A stretch of 64,000 nucleotides of DNA from positions 158,596,001 through 158,660,000 of the forward strand of contig OZ024743.1 of assembly GCA_964016885.1 (NCBI GenBank), written 5' to 3'. This document shows, piece by piece, positions 22,606 through 36,934 of this stretch. This DNA is from Eledone cirrhosa (taxonomy: Eukaryota). Positions within the stretch are counted from its first letter, which is position 1; each line of letters opens with the position of its first letter. The notes beneath the pieces are model-generated. The model saw only the letters and a list, made by a program, of their open reading frames with translations. It searched no databases and was not told the origin of the DNA. Position numbers and translations under genes: made by a program.

Positions 22606-24436
22606 GCAAGTAGTTTTGTCATTTTTTTTACATTGTTTTTAACACTTTAACTATCTCACTGGTTTCTTAATTAGAATGTATTATCAACTGATGCATTTGT
22701 ATGAGTTGTCACTGTTGTTGCATTTTGCCTTTTAGCCTCAGGTCTGCCTAAACTGAACAGATTTGTGGTCAAGAGGATTCCACTCATTACTATCCGATTT
22801 GTTTTTTAGGTTTAGTGATTGCAAGACAACATCCTTCTATTGAGAGAGATTTGATTCCTATTTTTAACAGTGCTTGATTCGTGTTTTTACATAGCTGGGT
22901 ACTTTTTTTATTCATTAGCTTCTATAACATATGCTTTTACCATGATTCATTGAAATATTTAAGAACTGACCTGTTGTTTAAACCCATTTCAGTCTTGATT
23001 GAGGAGAATTATGACCAAAGGAATTCCAGCCTTGGCAATTCTGTCATTTTAGCTGTATCCAGGATTATCCTATAGCATATGCCCTTTCCTTTTTAAGAGA
23101 GTAGTATATAATTTCAGGAAGCTTTTACTAGCAGGTTAGACAACCAGATAGAGGCTCCAGTTTGTGTGAGTTGCTGGCACACGTAATTTCAGCTATGTTA
23201 CCAGACTTCAGCCTTCATCAAGCAGACTTATAATGAAAGGCGTTCTAGCCTTGATAGCCATGTCTTTTTTGTGTATACAAGACTACATTGCCTAATGTGT
23301 CTTCCTTTGTTTTTCATCCTTTCCTTACCTTATCTCTAATGAAATACATTGTTTCAATTAATTTTGAAAATAATCAAAAATTTTGGAGGGTTTAGTAAAT
23401 TAACTAAGATCTTCATTATTATGTCTGTGTTTGGAATACATCATAACAAAAAGTTTTCACATAAAATTATGAAGGATGGTTATATATTACCCTTTTTCAT
23501 ACCAGTCAACCTACTCTGGTTCTATGATAAAAATCTCTTAGAAAAGTATATATTTTCCTAAATCCTTTTGTAATTATTTCCAAAATTAATAGAAACACAG
23601 AAATTATGTAACAAATTTTCTCACGGAAGTGAGACATTAAAATGAGTATTTTGGTATTATGTAGAACCAGAGATATTCTTAGATATGTTTTGATTGTAGG
23701 TTTTGAAAGAGATTTAGCTGCAATTCTTCGTAGGGTGAATGACTGCAGAAAGATATCCTTGTTAGATCACAAGACCAAACTTGATATAAATAAACACTTT
23801 CTCTATCTCTGTAAACAATTTTTATACCATAGAACTGTTAGAGTGTATTTCTCTTTATAATTCTTTTGATAACCCATCTAAGACCACAGCTGGATCTACA
23901 AGCTGACAAGGGAGCCTTTATTTAGTCACTCAACCTGCTTGAAAAATCAGACAAATCTCCTTCAAATCACCATCTGAGCATCTTTAAAAAAAGCACACAT
24001 TGAATGCTACGGTTCTGGCTTCTGTGTGTATACAAAAAAAAGCTGGATGGTCAAGGCTGGAATGCCTTTGATCATAAGCCTGCTTGACCAGGGCTGCTAT
24101 ATCTAGCAGGTGGGGTGAAGGCTCCTGTACTGGTTTGATTTCACTTTGGCTCATTTAGTTCTACTTTAAATCCAATAGATTGTGATCCAAGGAAAGAATC
24201 TCTACAGGGTCAATTTGACTTGTTAGAATTAGCACACAACTCTTGAATCAAACCATACCTTATTAAAAAAAGGAATGATATATTATACTGTGTAGTTCAG
24301 CACAAAAAAGCAGATGTTAAAGGATGATGATGGTCATAATTGGAATACCTTTTATCACAGGGCTGTTAATTCAGGGCTATCTTAACAAGAACAAAACTAA
24401 CAATAAAATCTGATTGTTTTATTTCTTTTTTTATAG

Positions 24437-24504
24437 GAGAACCAAGAATTAAAGGAAGCACTTACAGAATCAAGTAAAATGGTTTCTATAGAAGAGCATG
24501 AAAT
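24437..24504 (+). CDS. Coding exon C (ENQELKEALTESSKMVSIEEHE)
   Basis: TTTCTTTTTTTATAG acceptor, GTAAGT donor; phase 0 to 2. Confidence 0.9.
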
Positions 24505-25199
24505 GTAAGTTGAAAGTGGGTCATTTTGGCTCTTTAACAAATTTTGACATTTCCACATTGCTGCAATCCACACATGCAACACTGCATCTCAGTACAGTCT
24601 TTATGTTATTGTATAGGCTGTGATTTATCAGAGCTGTTAGAGACTCAGATAGAATACCTTGCAACATTTGTTTTGGCTTTCTATGTGTTGTTGAGGTCAA
24701 TTTTGCTTTTCCACGTTTCAGAGTTCAGAATAAATTACAAGTCCAGGGAAGTGAATTGGTGAAATTGTTAGAGAATCTAGTGGTTTGTTTCTGGCTTTTA
24801 GTATCCCAAAGGTAGCACAACAACTGGTTGCAAGTTATATTGGCCCTTGCATTTCCTTTGGAGAACAAAGGCTTGCATTCATAGGCAACTGCATATCTTT
24901 CACTAAAAAAAAAAAACCTGCCAAAGCCTGCAACTTGGAGAGGAATTTTACAGGTGTAGATCATACTTTTCTATATTAGCAGATAAGATATGTGCAGGGT
25001 CAGAACAGATGTTAATTATAAAAGTCTAAGCCAGTGTCTCATAACTTTTTTTCTATACCACAATTCTATACCACAATTTCATCATGCCAACCCTCCACAT
25101 ATGATAAGAAAAGGTAGTTTTGTATACAGTACATTTTATTATATAACATTAATAGCATTGTATTATTTTATCATTAACATGCTTAGAATTCAGCATTAA

Positions 25200-27387
25200 C
25201 CCTTAAACATTTAAACCGGCCATATCCAGCCAGAATTCTCTCACCTCTTTCCGTTCAATCTGGTTATAACTGGTCATTCACCACATTGAGTTCTGAAACT
25301 AAACAATAAGATCATCAAAGTTTTGTAGATTTGAGATTATGTGAGTTCAAGCCTCTACTGTGAATATACAATAGTAAATATAGTGAAACTTGTGATAACA
25401 TGTTATTTTAACATTAGAAGTTAGATTGATTTTTTTTTTGTGCTCATCAATATGGCTGCTGAAAGTATTTATACCGACTTTGAAGGTTTTACTCAGGAAT
25501 AGTAAGATCATCAAAGTTTTGTAGATTTGAGATTATGTGAGTTCAAGCCTCTACTGTGAATATACAATAGTAAATATAGTGAAACTTGTGATAACATGTT
25601 ATTTTAACATTAGAAGTTAGATTGATTTTTTTTTTGTGCTCATCAATATGGCTGCTGAAAGTATTTATACCGACTTTGAAGGTTTTACTCAGGAATACTT
25701 ACAAAATGAAGAAGAAGAAAAAAAGAGAGAAGAAAATAACCAATTTTTCTTCAAATAAATTGGATATATATATTTCTGAATTTTCATCCAATGATGATTA
25801 TTTTCATATTGAAAGTAAAGATTTCCAGGACATCATTGAGAATATGACAGCGACTTGGTCGAAGAACACAACACCAATATATATTCTTGATTTCATTGAA
25901 AAAAAACTGGTCCACAACACAGTCTACTTCCCAATGCTCAACCACTGGATTATTTTGTTTTGTTTTTGCCACAGACTTTCTTCAAAGCCATGGCAGAAGA
26001 GACAAATTGGTATGACCAATAAACTATTTCTTTTTGAGGAAGACCTGATCTATTATGGCAACCAACAGACACTGGAAATTTGAGCATTTTTTAATAATAA
26101 ATATTATGTTTGGTATGATTACTGGAGCCAGGATATAAGGTATGGTGCCCTGTATATATCAAGCATTATGCCTAAAACCAAGTTTTTGTTCCTGGCTGAC
26201 CCCCCTCCTCCTCCGTAGGAATGAAAAAAATCATGATCCTCAATATAAAGTTTGCCCAATGCTTGATTTATTGTCTGAGAAATTTAAAAATGTCTATGTA
26301 CCTGGAAAAAGTCTATGTTGATGAAGTGGTGACTGGCTATAAGGGTAGGGTACGTTTCCGACAATATATGCCAGTTAAGCCCACAAAATGGGGCATCAAA
26401 GGTGTGGGGTGTTTGTGAATCAGACACAGGCTACTGGGCAAAAACAACAACAAAAAAAAACTGCAGTGAGACAAAATGGATTGGTCTCTGACTGAACCCT
26501 TCCATTTTCAACACAGACATGTATTTTTCAACCGTTTTTTTTCTTCAGTGCTTCTGGCAGAGCATCTTGCCCTTGTAAACACATACACCTGCAATAGAAT
26601 AATGGGCATTTGCAAAGGGTTACTCCAAGAAATAAAGAGGGAATATTCTCCGGGAGCAAAAAGAAAACATGTTAGCCACAACATACAGGGGAAAACAACA
26701 AATTTTATTTTTGTCTTCAAATCAATAACCAGATGTCAGGGCTGAATGTAAACCCTTAGTAAATATTTCCTACAATAAATACATTGGTGGAATCGACAAA
26801 TCCTAGCAGTATTGTGCATACTACGCAGTTGGATGTCCTAGAAAGAAATGGTGGAGATATATTTTGTGGATTTTAGTGAATTAAACCATTGTGAATTCAT
26901 TAAAAGCCACAAGGATTGGCCACCACCAAAAGATTTCTGCCACATGAAATTTTGTGTAGATATTGCATCAAAGCTACATGGAGGGTACACTTCCTGCAAA
27001 CACAGAGCTGGGAGAAATTCAAAACTAACTCAAGTAGATGTCAACAGAGAAAATATTGATTTTCATAAGATAGAAAAAGTCAATGGGAGGATTAAAGTTT
27101 TCAGAATGAGTTCCTTGTAAAGGGGAAAAACTTGTAAAGTGTCATTATGCTTTGCTCAATTTCATGACAGAAATATTGCCTAACAATATTAATTATGCTG
27201 TTGAAAAGAAAATAATTATTTGAACACAAATTATATGCAAAAACCAGAAATATGTATTGATTTTCTGCATGTAAACACCATTATTCACCTGTGTCACACC
27301 TGTTAATTAACTTTTTTTATTGGGGCACACATTGTTATGTACACCTACTCAGTTCATTGTGTAAGAGTATATTGCCTAGTAAAAGGG
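25200..27387 (+). mobile_element. Degenerate piggyBac transposon (PGBD4-like transposase remnant)
   Basis: Starts TTAA|CCCTT. Motifs PLDYFVLFLPQTFFKAMAEETNWY, VDE...YKGRVRFRQYMPVKPTKWGIK, HVFFNRFFSS and YNKYIGGIDK...KKWWRY are present. The right end AAAAGGG|TTTTA is uncertain. Confidence 0.85.
25307..25697 (+). repeat. Near-identical 196-bp tandem duplication (25307-25502 / 25503-25697)
   Basis: TAAGATCATCAAAGTTTTGTAG...GGTTTTACTCAGGAATA is repeated head-to-tail. Confidence 0.95.
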
Positions 27388-30300
27388 TTTTATACTTTCT
27401 TTTCAATGAAAATATTTGCATGAAATGTAAAGAAAGTGTAAAATCTTCTACCGATTTTACCTGCATTTTAATTAATATACTGATAAAATTGTTGGAAATC
27501 AACATCTGAGTTGCATGGGTTAGATGGTTGAACTTGATGGCACCACTATGAAGAGGGACAGGCCAGTTGGCTGCGCCAAACCCTTCACACAGTAGACCCT
27601 CACTTCAGATATTGGATGCCAAGTGACTCCACTATGAGGAGGGACAGGCCAGGTGGTCACAACGAACCCATCTCACAGCGAAATTTCCATAAGTCAAATT
27701 TAGCAAAATAAAATAAAATCAGATAAAAATACATAATTGTAAATCAGATATATTTAAACACCAACTAACAAAATTTCATATCTGCACATAGAAAATTAAC
27801 ACAGTTGCAAACAAGTATAATTGGTAACCCACTTGAGTATGTTTAACTCAAAATAATATAATTAAATAAACATGACAATTGAGTAATGTAAATGCTATAG
27901 GGTTGAGCAAAATAAATCTAGCAAAAACTGTGTGTCATGGTAAAACAAAAGTGTTTGAATCTAAAAAAAATTTGAATAAAATTATATTTTGAGAAACTGT
28001 GTTCTTATTTCATTAAGCATATAAAAGACAAAATACTTATTTCTGCTTAGTTTCAGTTATTGAACGAAAGGCCATTGCCATCATTTATATACCTCACATT
28101 GTTCGGCTAATAACTGATCTTTTTTCAACTTGGCTATCTGTAGTTCTATTTAAACATTTCATTGCCATATTTGTAATGAATGGCACTGCCTATGATTTTT
28201 AAATAATTTTTAAAAAATCTAAAATTTGGAAGGATTATAACTAACTTTCTTATTATTAAGCTGGTGTTCGGATCATAACTTAACAAAGGTTAGAAATGTT
28301 TTAAAATAGATATATACTCTTTAAAATAAACAGTTATATATATCATAGAACAGTTCAGGCATTTTGGTAACAAAAAGGTTAAATTCATATTTCCAAAAGT
28401 CATCATTGTCATACTAGCATGAGTAATTGAATATAAAGAAGTTTAATCATGTACTTATATACATACATGTAATACAATTGCTGAATTAGAGACTTGTTTA
28501 CATACAAAAAGTGAACAGAAATATCTAATTCAAATTATTTTCCTGCTGATACTACTTAGATTTTATATAAATATACACATAATATAAACTTTAAATTATA
28601 TATTTACAAGCATGTTTACATTATATATATATGATGTGAAAGTTAATCTTATTTAGTTCTATTCTTAGTTATAACAGTATTTATCAAAGCATGCCATAGT
28701 AACCTTTACAACTCATAAAAAATAGAACAAACTAACAAACAGGTTTGAAATTAAAATTGAAAATTGAAGTTGTAATTCTAATTTTATACTTTTATTGACT
28801 TTTCAATTTTCTGTTCAAATTCTGTTTTGATTTATTACAATATTTTTGATTTGATGGGTTTGCATTATGGTACCCATTTGAATTTTTCAAAACATAATCA
28901 TCTTTATCAATTTGAGATTTCAACCATCCCTTCCTCTTAAAATGGAGAGAGGTAATAAAGAAAATAAATGAAAAAAAATCTTGTTGAATTACATCTCTGG
29001 AAAAATAACAAAAAGAAAAAAAAAAAGAATTATGAATTATTGGCACCAGCAGCCATGGGAATCTGGTTTCTGTATCTGTGTATCACATAGAACAAGTTTT
29101 TTCTATTATAGTCTTGAGGTAATCAATGCCTTGTGAGTTGAATTTGGTAGACAGAAACTGTTGAAGCCAATTGTGTGTGTTTGTGCCCTGCAGTCTAGTT
29201 GTTAGACAAAAAAGGATAAAATATGTACCAGATTTGAAAAAACAAGGGTTTTTCTGGAGTTGATATGGTAGAATGTGTCTGTGTGTGTGAAGGCATGTAG
29301 CTTAGTGGTTAGGGTGTTCAGTTCACAATCATAAGGTCATGAGTTTGATTCCTGGAACGAGTAGAGTATTGTGTCCTTAAGCAAAACACTTCCTCTCAGC
29401 TGGCAAAATTGGGTTGTACCTGTAATTCAAGGGGCTAGCCCTTTCACACATTGTGTCATGCTGAATTTTCCTGAGAACTACATTAAGGGTACATGTATTT
29501 GTGGGATGCCCAGCCACTGACACATTAATTTTATGAGCAGGCAGTTCCATTCACTGATTGAATCAACTGGTGCACACGTCCCTCTCCCCACACACACTAA
29601 CCCCATTACTCATTAAAACCTACAGATTTTTAGAATTCTTTCAAATGTCATGATATTCCCAGCATTATATGATCTTGTAGGGCAAGTCAGAAGAAATGTT
29701 GATTGAGAATTACATGTTTTCCTTCCTTCTTGTAGTTTTGTTGTTGTGTTGTTGCTGTTTCTCTTTTATTTTGTTTCTTTATTTTGTTTTCCTTCTTTCT
29801 TAGTTAATAGTGTTAGATTTGTGATATGAATGAAGAATTCTTCTAACATTTGTCAATATTTATTCAGATGGCCAATTCTGATTATCAGTAGTTGTCAAAG
29901 ACAACATGTGATGCCTGTCATGTGTGCTTAGCAAGATGTGTCCAATATGATGCAGCTGTTGTTGCTTTCTATATACACACGTGCTTTTAATCAATTATGA
30001 AAAGTATTTGTATATAAAGCCACATATTTATATACAAAGAGTAACACATATATATATATATATACACACACATGTTCATGCGTGTGTGTATTTCTCTCTC
30101 ACTATATATATATCCTCACAGAGGGTACCACACTGTAAATGTGGGTCTGCTGTATGAAAGGTTCGGCACAGCCAACTAGCCTGTTCTTCCACATAGCAGT
30201 GCCATCCAGTTCCAGACTCCTAATTTCGGAATGTGGCTCTGCTGTGAGAGTTGTTTCGGCGCAGCCAACTGGTCTGTCCCTTCCCATAGCAGTGCCATCC

Positions 30301-31094
30301 AGCTCCAGGTTCACAAACTGTGGCTACACATACCCCCCCCCCCATATATATGTATACATTGGTCTGTGTAGATATCTATGCAGGTTCCTGTATATGTATA
30401 TATGTGAATGTATGTTATGTCTATTTATGTATGTGTATATATGTGTATCATCATCACTGTTTAACTTCTATTTCCCATGCTTGCATGGGTTAGATGGGTC
30501 GTCCACATCATGAGACAAGTCTGGCCAGCTGGCCTGCCATACCTTGCTCAGACGGAACTAAACTTGTTCATGTACACAGTTTGACAAGGCTAGACATTTG
30601 AATTATAGGTGTGTTTGAGAGAGAGATTTGACCTTCGAATGGCTGAAAGGTAAAGGTGACCCTTTTGGAATTTGAACACAGGATGCAGAGAGCTGGAATG
30701 AATACTGCAAAGCATCCTATATAATACTTTAAAGATTCTACCTATTTGTTATGTGTGTGTGGGTGCATGTGTATATCAGTAGCAATGATAGAATCAGTTA
30801 TGTCCCTTTTACACGAGGTTGATAAAACATTGGCCAAAACATTGACTAAAAACTCTTGAAAGTGATACTTACCATAGCTGCACTCCAATGACTGAAACCA
30901 TATAAGGAATTCTAAATATATGAAAAGATTCTGATTTATTTCAAGTTAAACACATTCTGTTTTACTTTTACTACTGCTGCTGTTGCCACCACCATAACGA
31001 CGACAAATAGGGGATTATTTAAGCCTAGGGTCAACCCTGATCAAGCAGGCTTCTGATCAAAGAGATTGGAGCTATTACCATCTTTTTTTTTTTT

Positions 31095-31571
31095 TTTTCT
31101 GACATAGATATTGCACGAGGTTATCAGAAGAGAGGGAGGTGTGAATGCCAAACTTGTTATCTTCAACTCAGTTTATGTGCCTATGAATACAAGTGGCTGA
31201 AATGAGGTACCTCAAAAGGGTCATTGGAGTAATGTTATGTGATAGGGTGTGTAGCACAAAGATATCAGGGTGTTGCTGCATGTAGAGTCATTACTTCTGA
31301 ATCAAAAGATCACAGCTCCGGTACTGCAGGCATGTGGTTAGAATGTCTTAGTAAAGAATTGCTGAACAGATTTTATGAGCAAAGCCATCTGGCAGGAGAC
31401 CCAGAGGCAGACAATGAGAAAGATGGCTAGATAACATTCATGAGCTCAGTTAGTCTCACTTGGGGACCCAGCTGGATTAACTGGAGATGGATGCTTCTGA
31501 TGGGACCCTCTTGAAGGCATGTCTGAGGACTCTTCCTGCACACCCTCCCAGGAATAAGTAGCTGAAGAAGA
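31095..31571 (+). mobile_element. Old RTE-type LINE 3' fragment
   Basis: Degenerate AEMRYL, GMWLEC/YGHV and GRP..RW.DNI motifs; ends in GCTGAAGAAGA. Confidence 0.55.
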
Positions 31572-31941
31572 CATAGATATTTTGAGCTCTATAATTCAAT
31601 ATGTCAGTCTTTTTTAAAGACAATGGGGTGTGATTTGAGAGAGATGAGGCTGCTATTTCTAGCAGGTCGTATAATCATGTAACCTCTTAGAGGCTCCATC
31701 ATAGGCTTGTTCTCTTTTTTGTTGTTTTTTCATTGTTGTTTAGCCCCAGGTTAGCCCTAATTAACCAGATATGATGAAAGATTTTCCAGCCTTAACCATA
31801 CAATCTTTCTTTTATGTTAGTAGAGTGTGACTTGAGAGAAATTTGGCTGCTATTTCTTGCACTTAGTGACCACTTGATTAACTTGTTATGTGTTATTGTT
31901 ATTTAGCTCTAAGTTATATCTGATTGGGCAGTTATTATGGA

Positions 31942-32434
31942 CTAGCAGAAAAACCACCCTACGGGTGGTTTTCTAATAGCATGTGTAGTGTGCATATTGA
32001 TATTGTACGCAAGTAGATATACATGTAGATATGATGCATCAAATAAAATCGTAATTGACAATATACACAGAAATTGAACGAAGTCTGTTACACTGTCTTC
32101 TGTAATCAGTAATCCATGATACATTTAAAATAAGACGATATTATACATAAACTGCATTAGGAGAAAATTAGCGACGGAAATATATGCGATATTTTTATAA
32201 GTGTTATAATATAACGACCGCTAACCGGAAGTGTTGACATTTGATTTTAAAGAAGTGAATTTTAAAGGTCTTTAAATAAGCTATAAAATATATTTAATCA
32301 ACAGCCACGAAATTTAGCACATAAATTATGTGATATTCATTCATTATTTATTCAAAATAATCCAACTTATTTTACAAACGGGGTAAAAAAATATATTCTG
32401 GACGCAATCCCGCACTTTTTTCTTTATTATAGTT
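31942..32434 (-). mobile_element. Non-autonomous Helitron, copy 1
   Basis: The minus-strand 3' end has hairpin AGAAAACCACCC-GTA-GGGTGGTTTTTCT followed by CTAG|T. Homologous to 48638-49326. Confidence 0.75.
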
Positions 32435-33930
32435 GTTCCAGTTGTGATCATCCTATATTTTGAAAAACTATGGTGGGATATGATTTACAGTAAATTTGGT
32501 TGCTACATCTAGTAGGTCAAGTGACTAAGTCAAGGCTCTTTAATTTGCTCATCATGCATATACTTCTATGTATTTGTTGGTGTATATTTTCGATTTGTGT
32601 GTTAATGTGTTGTTTGTGTATTTCATTGTTCATTGTTGAAGTCATTTAAGTCAACTTGACTTAAAATGTAAGTGGCTGTACATATTTCCACTTTCTCTTT
32701 TCATAATTGTCTCATATTTTATAAGAAAGAAGTGTCCTTGGGAGTGCCTCAGACAGCATATATATGTATGTGTTTGAATCATCATCATCACTGTTTAATG
32801 CCTACACTTTTATGCTTGCATGGGTCAGATGGGTTGTCCACATTATGAGATATGGTTGGCCAGCTGGTTGTGCTGTACTTGCTCAAATGGAACTATATAT
32901 CAGTTGGGAATTTTACAGCTGGATGTCCTTCTTAACACCAACCATGTTTACAGTGTGAAACTTGGTGGTCCCATTTATGAAGGAGGTTTGACCAGTTGGT
33001 CGCGCCATACCTTGCTCATAGTGTCTGGAACTTGATGGCACTGTTGTGAGGCAAGCCTGGCCAATTGGCCACAAAGTACCTTGCTCAAGATGGAACCATA
33101 ATTTTTTGCGGGGACACATACACGATGCACGCATGCACACACACAGGCATGTATATCATCATCATCATCATATGTTGTTTGACCATGTTAAAATGGATTG
33201 GAATGGTCATAACATATGTCCTTACTTAATTGGAGCTACTAACATCTTAGACGGGCAGGCGCCTGCATCTCACTTACATTCTGGTACTTTACAGAGATAC
33301 ATTTTTTTTATAGTACCAGCACCAAAGAGGTTGTCATGCTCTTGACATGGCTAAAAATTTTGTTTTAGCTCTTTGTTTGGTAAATTTTCTAAAGTTAGAT
33401 ACCCTTCCTCATGCCAATCACTTTACTGGGTGTATTGGGTGCTTTTTGGTGGCATTATCACTAGACAAGGTTTCATATCTCTGACATAACTGAAAAGTCT
33501 TCTCAACTCTTTTGGCATGGTTTCTACAGCTGAATGTCATTCCTAACACCAACTCCTTTACAGAGTGTTCTAGGTGTATTTTATCCAGCACATGGGAGGT
33601 TGTTTTCATTGATTTGACTGAAGAACTCCTTTGCGTCATGAGGGAGTGAGGATGCTTTGTCCCAAGTCAGCTGTGTTTAGGATGGGAGAATAGGAGGTGA
33701 TGTATAAATGAGTTAGTGACAATAAGTAGAAGGATAAGGAAGGATGATGAGTATGTTGCCATGTGTGTATGACCAAGTGTGGTGGGTTTTAAGAGGGATG
33801 ATGTGAGGTGACAGAGAGAAGGAAGTGAGACAGTATGATATCAAGAGTGTATGACTGGTGGGATTTAACAGCCTGGTGTGAGGAAAGAAAAGGGTGGGAT
33901 TAATCTCTTATTAGAGAATAGTTAATATAA

Positions 33931-34109
33931 TATAATTGTTTCTACTTTAGGCACAAGGCCAGAAATTACCCAGTGCATTACTGGTACCTTATTTTATCGA
34001 CCCCGTAAGGATGAAAGGCAAAGTCAACCATAGCGGGATTTGAACTCAGATCGTAAAGGGACGTAACTCTATGCTTCAAAGCATGGCGTCCGACCCTCTA
34101 CCGATAATG
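33931..34109 (-). mobile_element. Young tRNA-derived SINE, family A
   Basis: 20-bp TSD TTAGAGAATAGTTAATATAA (33911-33930 / 34110-34129); B-box GAGTTCAAATCCC; body GCCTTTCATCCTTACGGGGTCGATAAAATAA. Confidence 0.9.
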
Positions 34110-35378
34110 TTAGAGAATAGTTAATATAAGCCAGGGATGTGGAGTGTAGAGTAAGAATAGACCTCATCCCATCTATGCAGAGGATGAATTAAATTGAGTG
34201 AGGGCAAGGATATAAAGGTGTAGTGGATATTGTAGCAAAAATAAGGAGGGTATACCAGGTATCTTGCTTTTATATCAGCACATACACAAACACACATGTA
34301 ATATAATTACATATATGTAGGCATGTTTGTGTGTGTGTACATGTGTGGATAGATAACATATAGATTGGTAAAAGGAAGGAGAAGGTGTGTGAGAGAGAGA
34401 GAGATTCCACTCTGGTAATCATAATGCATGTATGGCCATGTAACTCCTGATGGAGTCATAAGGGCGCCACTTTAACATTCAGCATTCCTTGGGCATTTTA
34501 GTCCTGGTGGAGCCCATCCCTCTCCAGGCCTGAATACAGCACATTTCTTCCAGAGAAGGAGAGAATGTGAGAAAGAGATATCGAGGAAGAATCGACCCCA
34601 GTACTAGACTGGTTCTTTTTTTATCGACCTTGACTTCAGCGAGATTTGAACTCAGAGAAGACAGGGCCGGAATGAGTACTGCAAAGCATTCTATTCAGCG
34701 TTCTAATGACTGCTAAATTGCCGCCTTAGTAATCATAATAATCTACGATAAAAATAAAAAATTGATCTCAGTTTTACAGAGTAGATTTATAGTTTACTAT
34801 TAATTTTCAACACGGCCAGATGTTTCAATTCTTGTTTCAATAGGGACAAGTTGTCTCTACTCTCATCGTAAAAGACTATTTTAATTTATGCATTTTATTA
34901 ATTCTTTTTTTTTTTTGTTTTTATTGATGCAGACAATTTTTGAAATATATTCAGTTATGTTGTTTATAGATGAATCAATTCAGCTGTTAGTTGATCCACT
35001 GCTGAATGTAAACTTTAGCATGGTCATTATAAGCCTATTACTTTGCACAGGCCAATTGTGGTTTGGATGGAGGGGTCTTGTGGTCAGGTGATTAGCCCTG
35101 ACTGTTAGTATTCAGGTAGAATTTGAAATCAGAATTTAAAAAAATCAAACCAGATATGAAAAGCAGAGCAGACATTGGTGGGTTTTGAACACAGTGTACA
35201 ACCAGAATGAATACTGCAAGGCATTCTATCTGACACATTTGACTCAATTCACTGTCTTTATAGATAAATACCATTTTAAAATACATCATTTCCAACTATA
35301 GTGTGTGTGTGCGTGTGTTACATATCCAAAAGATGCACTGATATTGTTCTAAATACCACTGACATTGCATATTTCCAG

Positions 35379-35479
35379 GTTAAATGCTACTCACAAAGAT
35401 TTACTAGTAGAGTATAAACAACTGAAGGAAGCATACCTCCGTTTTGTTGACAAGGAAGATTCTTCTGTGAATATAAATG
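35379..35479 (+). CDS. Coding exon D ((M)LNATHKDLLVEYKQLKEAYLRFVDKEDSSVNIN)
   Basis: ATTTCCAG acceptor, GTAAAT donor; phase 2 to 1, joining AT+G into ATG. Confidence 0.85.
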
Positions 35480-36398
35480 GTAAATAATACAAAATGTTTT
35501 CTATAGAAATATTCTGTTCTTCATTCATTCTGTTAATATTCTAGAACTTTTTCTCTTTCTATTTCTTAGTGTTTGTTGTTGATGATTGGCAGAATTCTTA
35601 GAGCATTGGATCAGATGACTTGCAGTATCTGTTCCAGCTCTTTGTATTCCAAGTTCAAGTCTCACTGCCTTATTATTGGCCTCCTAGCTCTTCGAGACCT
35701 ATCCAATGGTCATAGACCTCTAATTTCAGATAAAATAATGCATTGATGGAACATCATGATTATGTAAATCAAAAAGGAGCAGACCCTGCTCTGTAGCTGA
35801 ATAAACTCTAGGAAAGGAAAGTTTCTAATATCATTTATATTTTTGAAATGTTCTTAGCAGCTGTTAAAATTGGATCACCATCTATTTTTAGACATGTAAT
35901 CTATGGTATCATGTCTAAGAAGCATTATGTTGTTAATGGCCATGGAAATGTTTTATTTGTATGGCTTTGCACTGGCTTTTACTGTTTGAGTACTTAATCA
36001 GGTTTTTCTATTACTGAGACTCAAACAAATGGAGAAAATTCCTAAATATTTATTCATGCTTACAAATTTTGACAATGCATATTGTTTGAACAATTGATTT
36101 TATAATCACTTAACTATGAAATAGGATGTAAAAACTGTGGTCAGTTTGGTAGCCCGTAATGTGCAAAGATATGTGTCTCGTCCAAGTGTACAACACAATG
36201 TATTATGAAAAGGTTTGAAATTATAACTGTGTGGTCATATTATTTTCTGAAATAAAATATATCTTACCTACAATAGAAACATGGAGGTAAAACAGAAATT
36301 GCAGTATATTCCAGTTCAGTAGCAGCAGTCGCATATATTAACCATTGTTTTGACTTAATCCATATTATCAATTTAATTTATGCTATTAATTTTGACAG

Positions 36399-36474
36399 AT
36401 TCAGCAAGTCAATCTGAAGAAACTACTACAGAACTTCAAAGGTTAAAACTTGAGAATGAAAACCTATTATCACA
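36399..36474 (+). CDS. Coding exon E ((D)SASQSEETTTELQRLKLENENLLS)
   Basis: TTTTGACAG acceptor, GTAAGT donor; phase 1 to 2. Confidence 0.9.
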
Positions 36475-36934
36475 GTAAGTAAGACAGGATCCTTCACTTT
36501 TGAAATGTCTTATCATATTACTACTTTGCACACTCTTTCCTCTCCAGAGTATTGGTAATTGAATCTCTGGAATTTCTTTCTCACTCATGTTTCTTTCTGC
36601 AATTATTGAATTGTAGATGTTCAAAATGAACATTAACTGCATCAGTCTTGCCAGTCTTGGAAGACCTCTGAGTCTCATGACTAAGCCATTAAAAAATGTT
36701 TTTTTTCTGAATTCATTTAACCATATGGATATGATTTTGGCAGCTTGGATATTAACATTAGTATTTCTGTGATAGAAAAAGTCTGTCATGCTAGAAAGGA
36801 GATGGTAAGAAGTATGTGTGTGAGAGAGAGAGATATATAGTGGTGGCAGTGTTCCCACATCTTTATGGAAAGGGGATAGTAATAGAGTGTGTAAGAGAGA
36901 GAGGGTGTTGGAGAGACAGGGTGTTGGAGAGACA

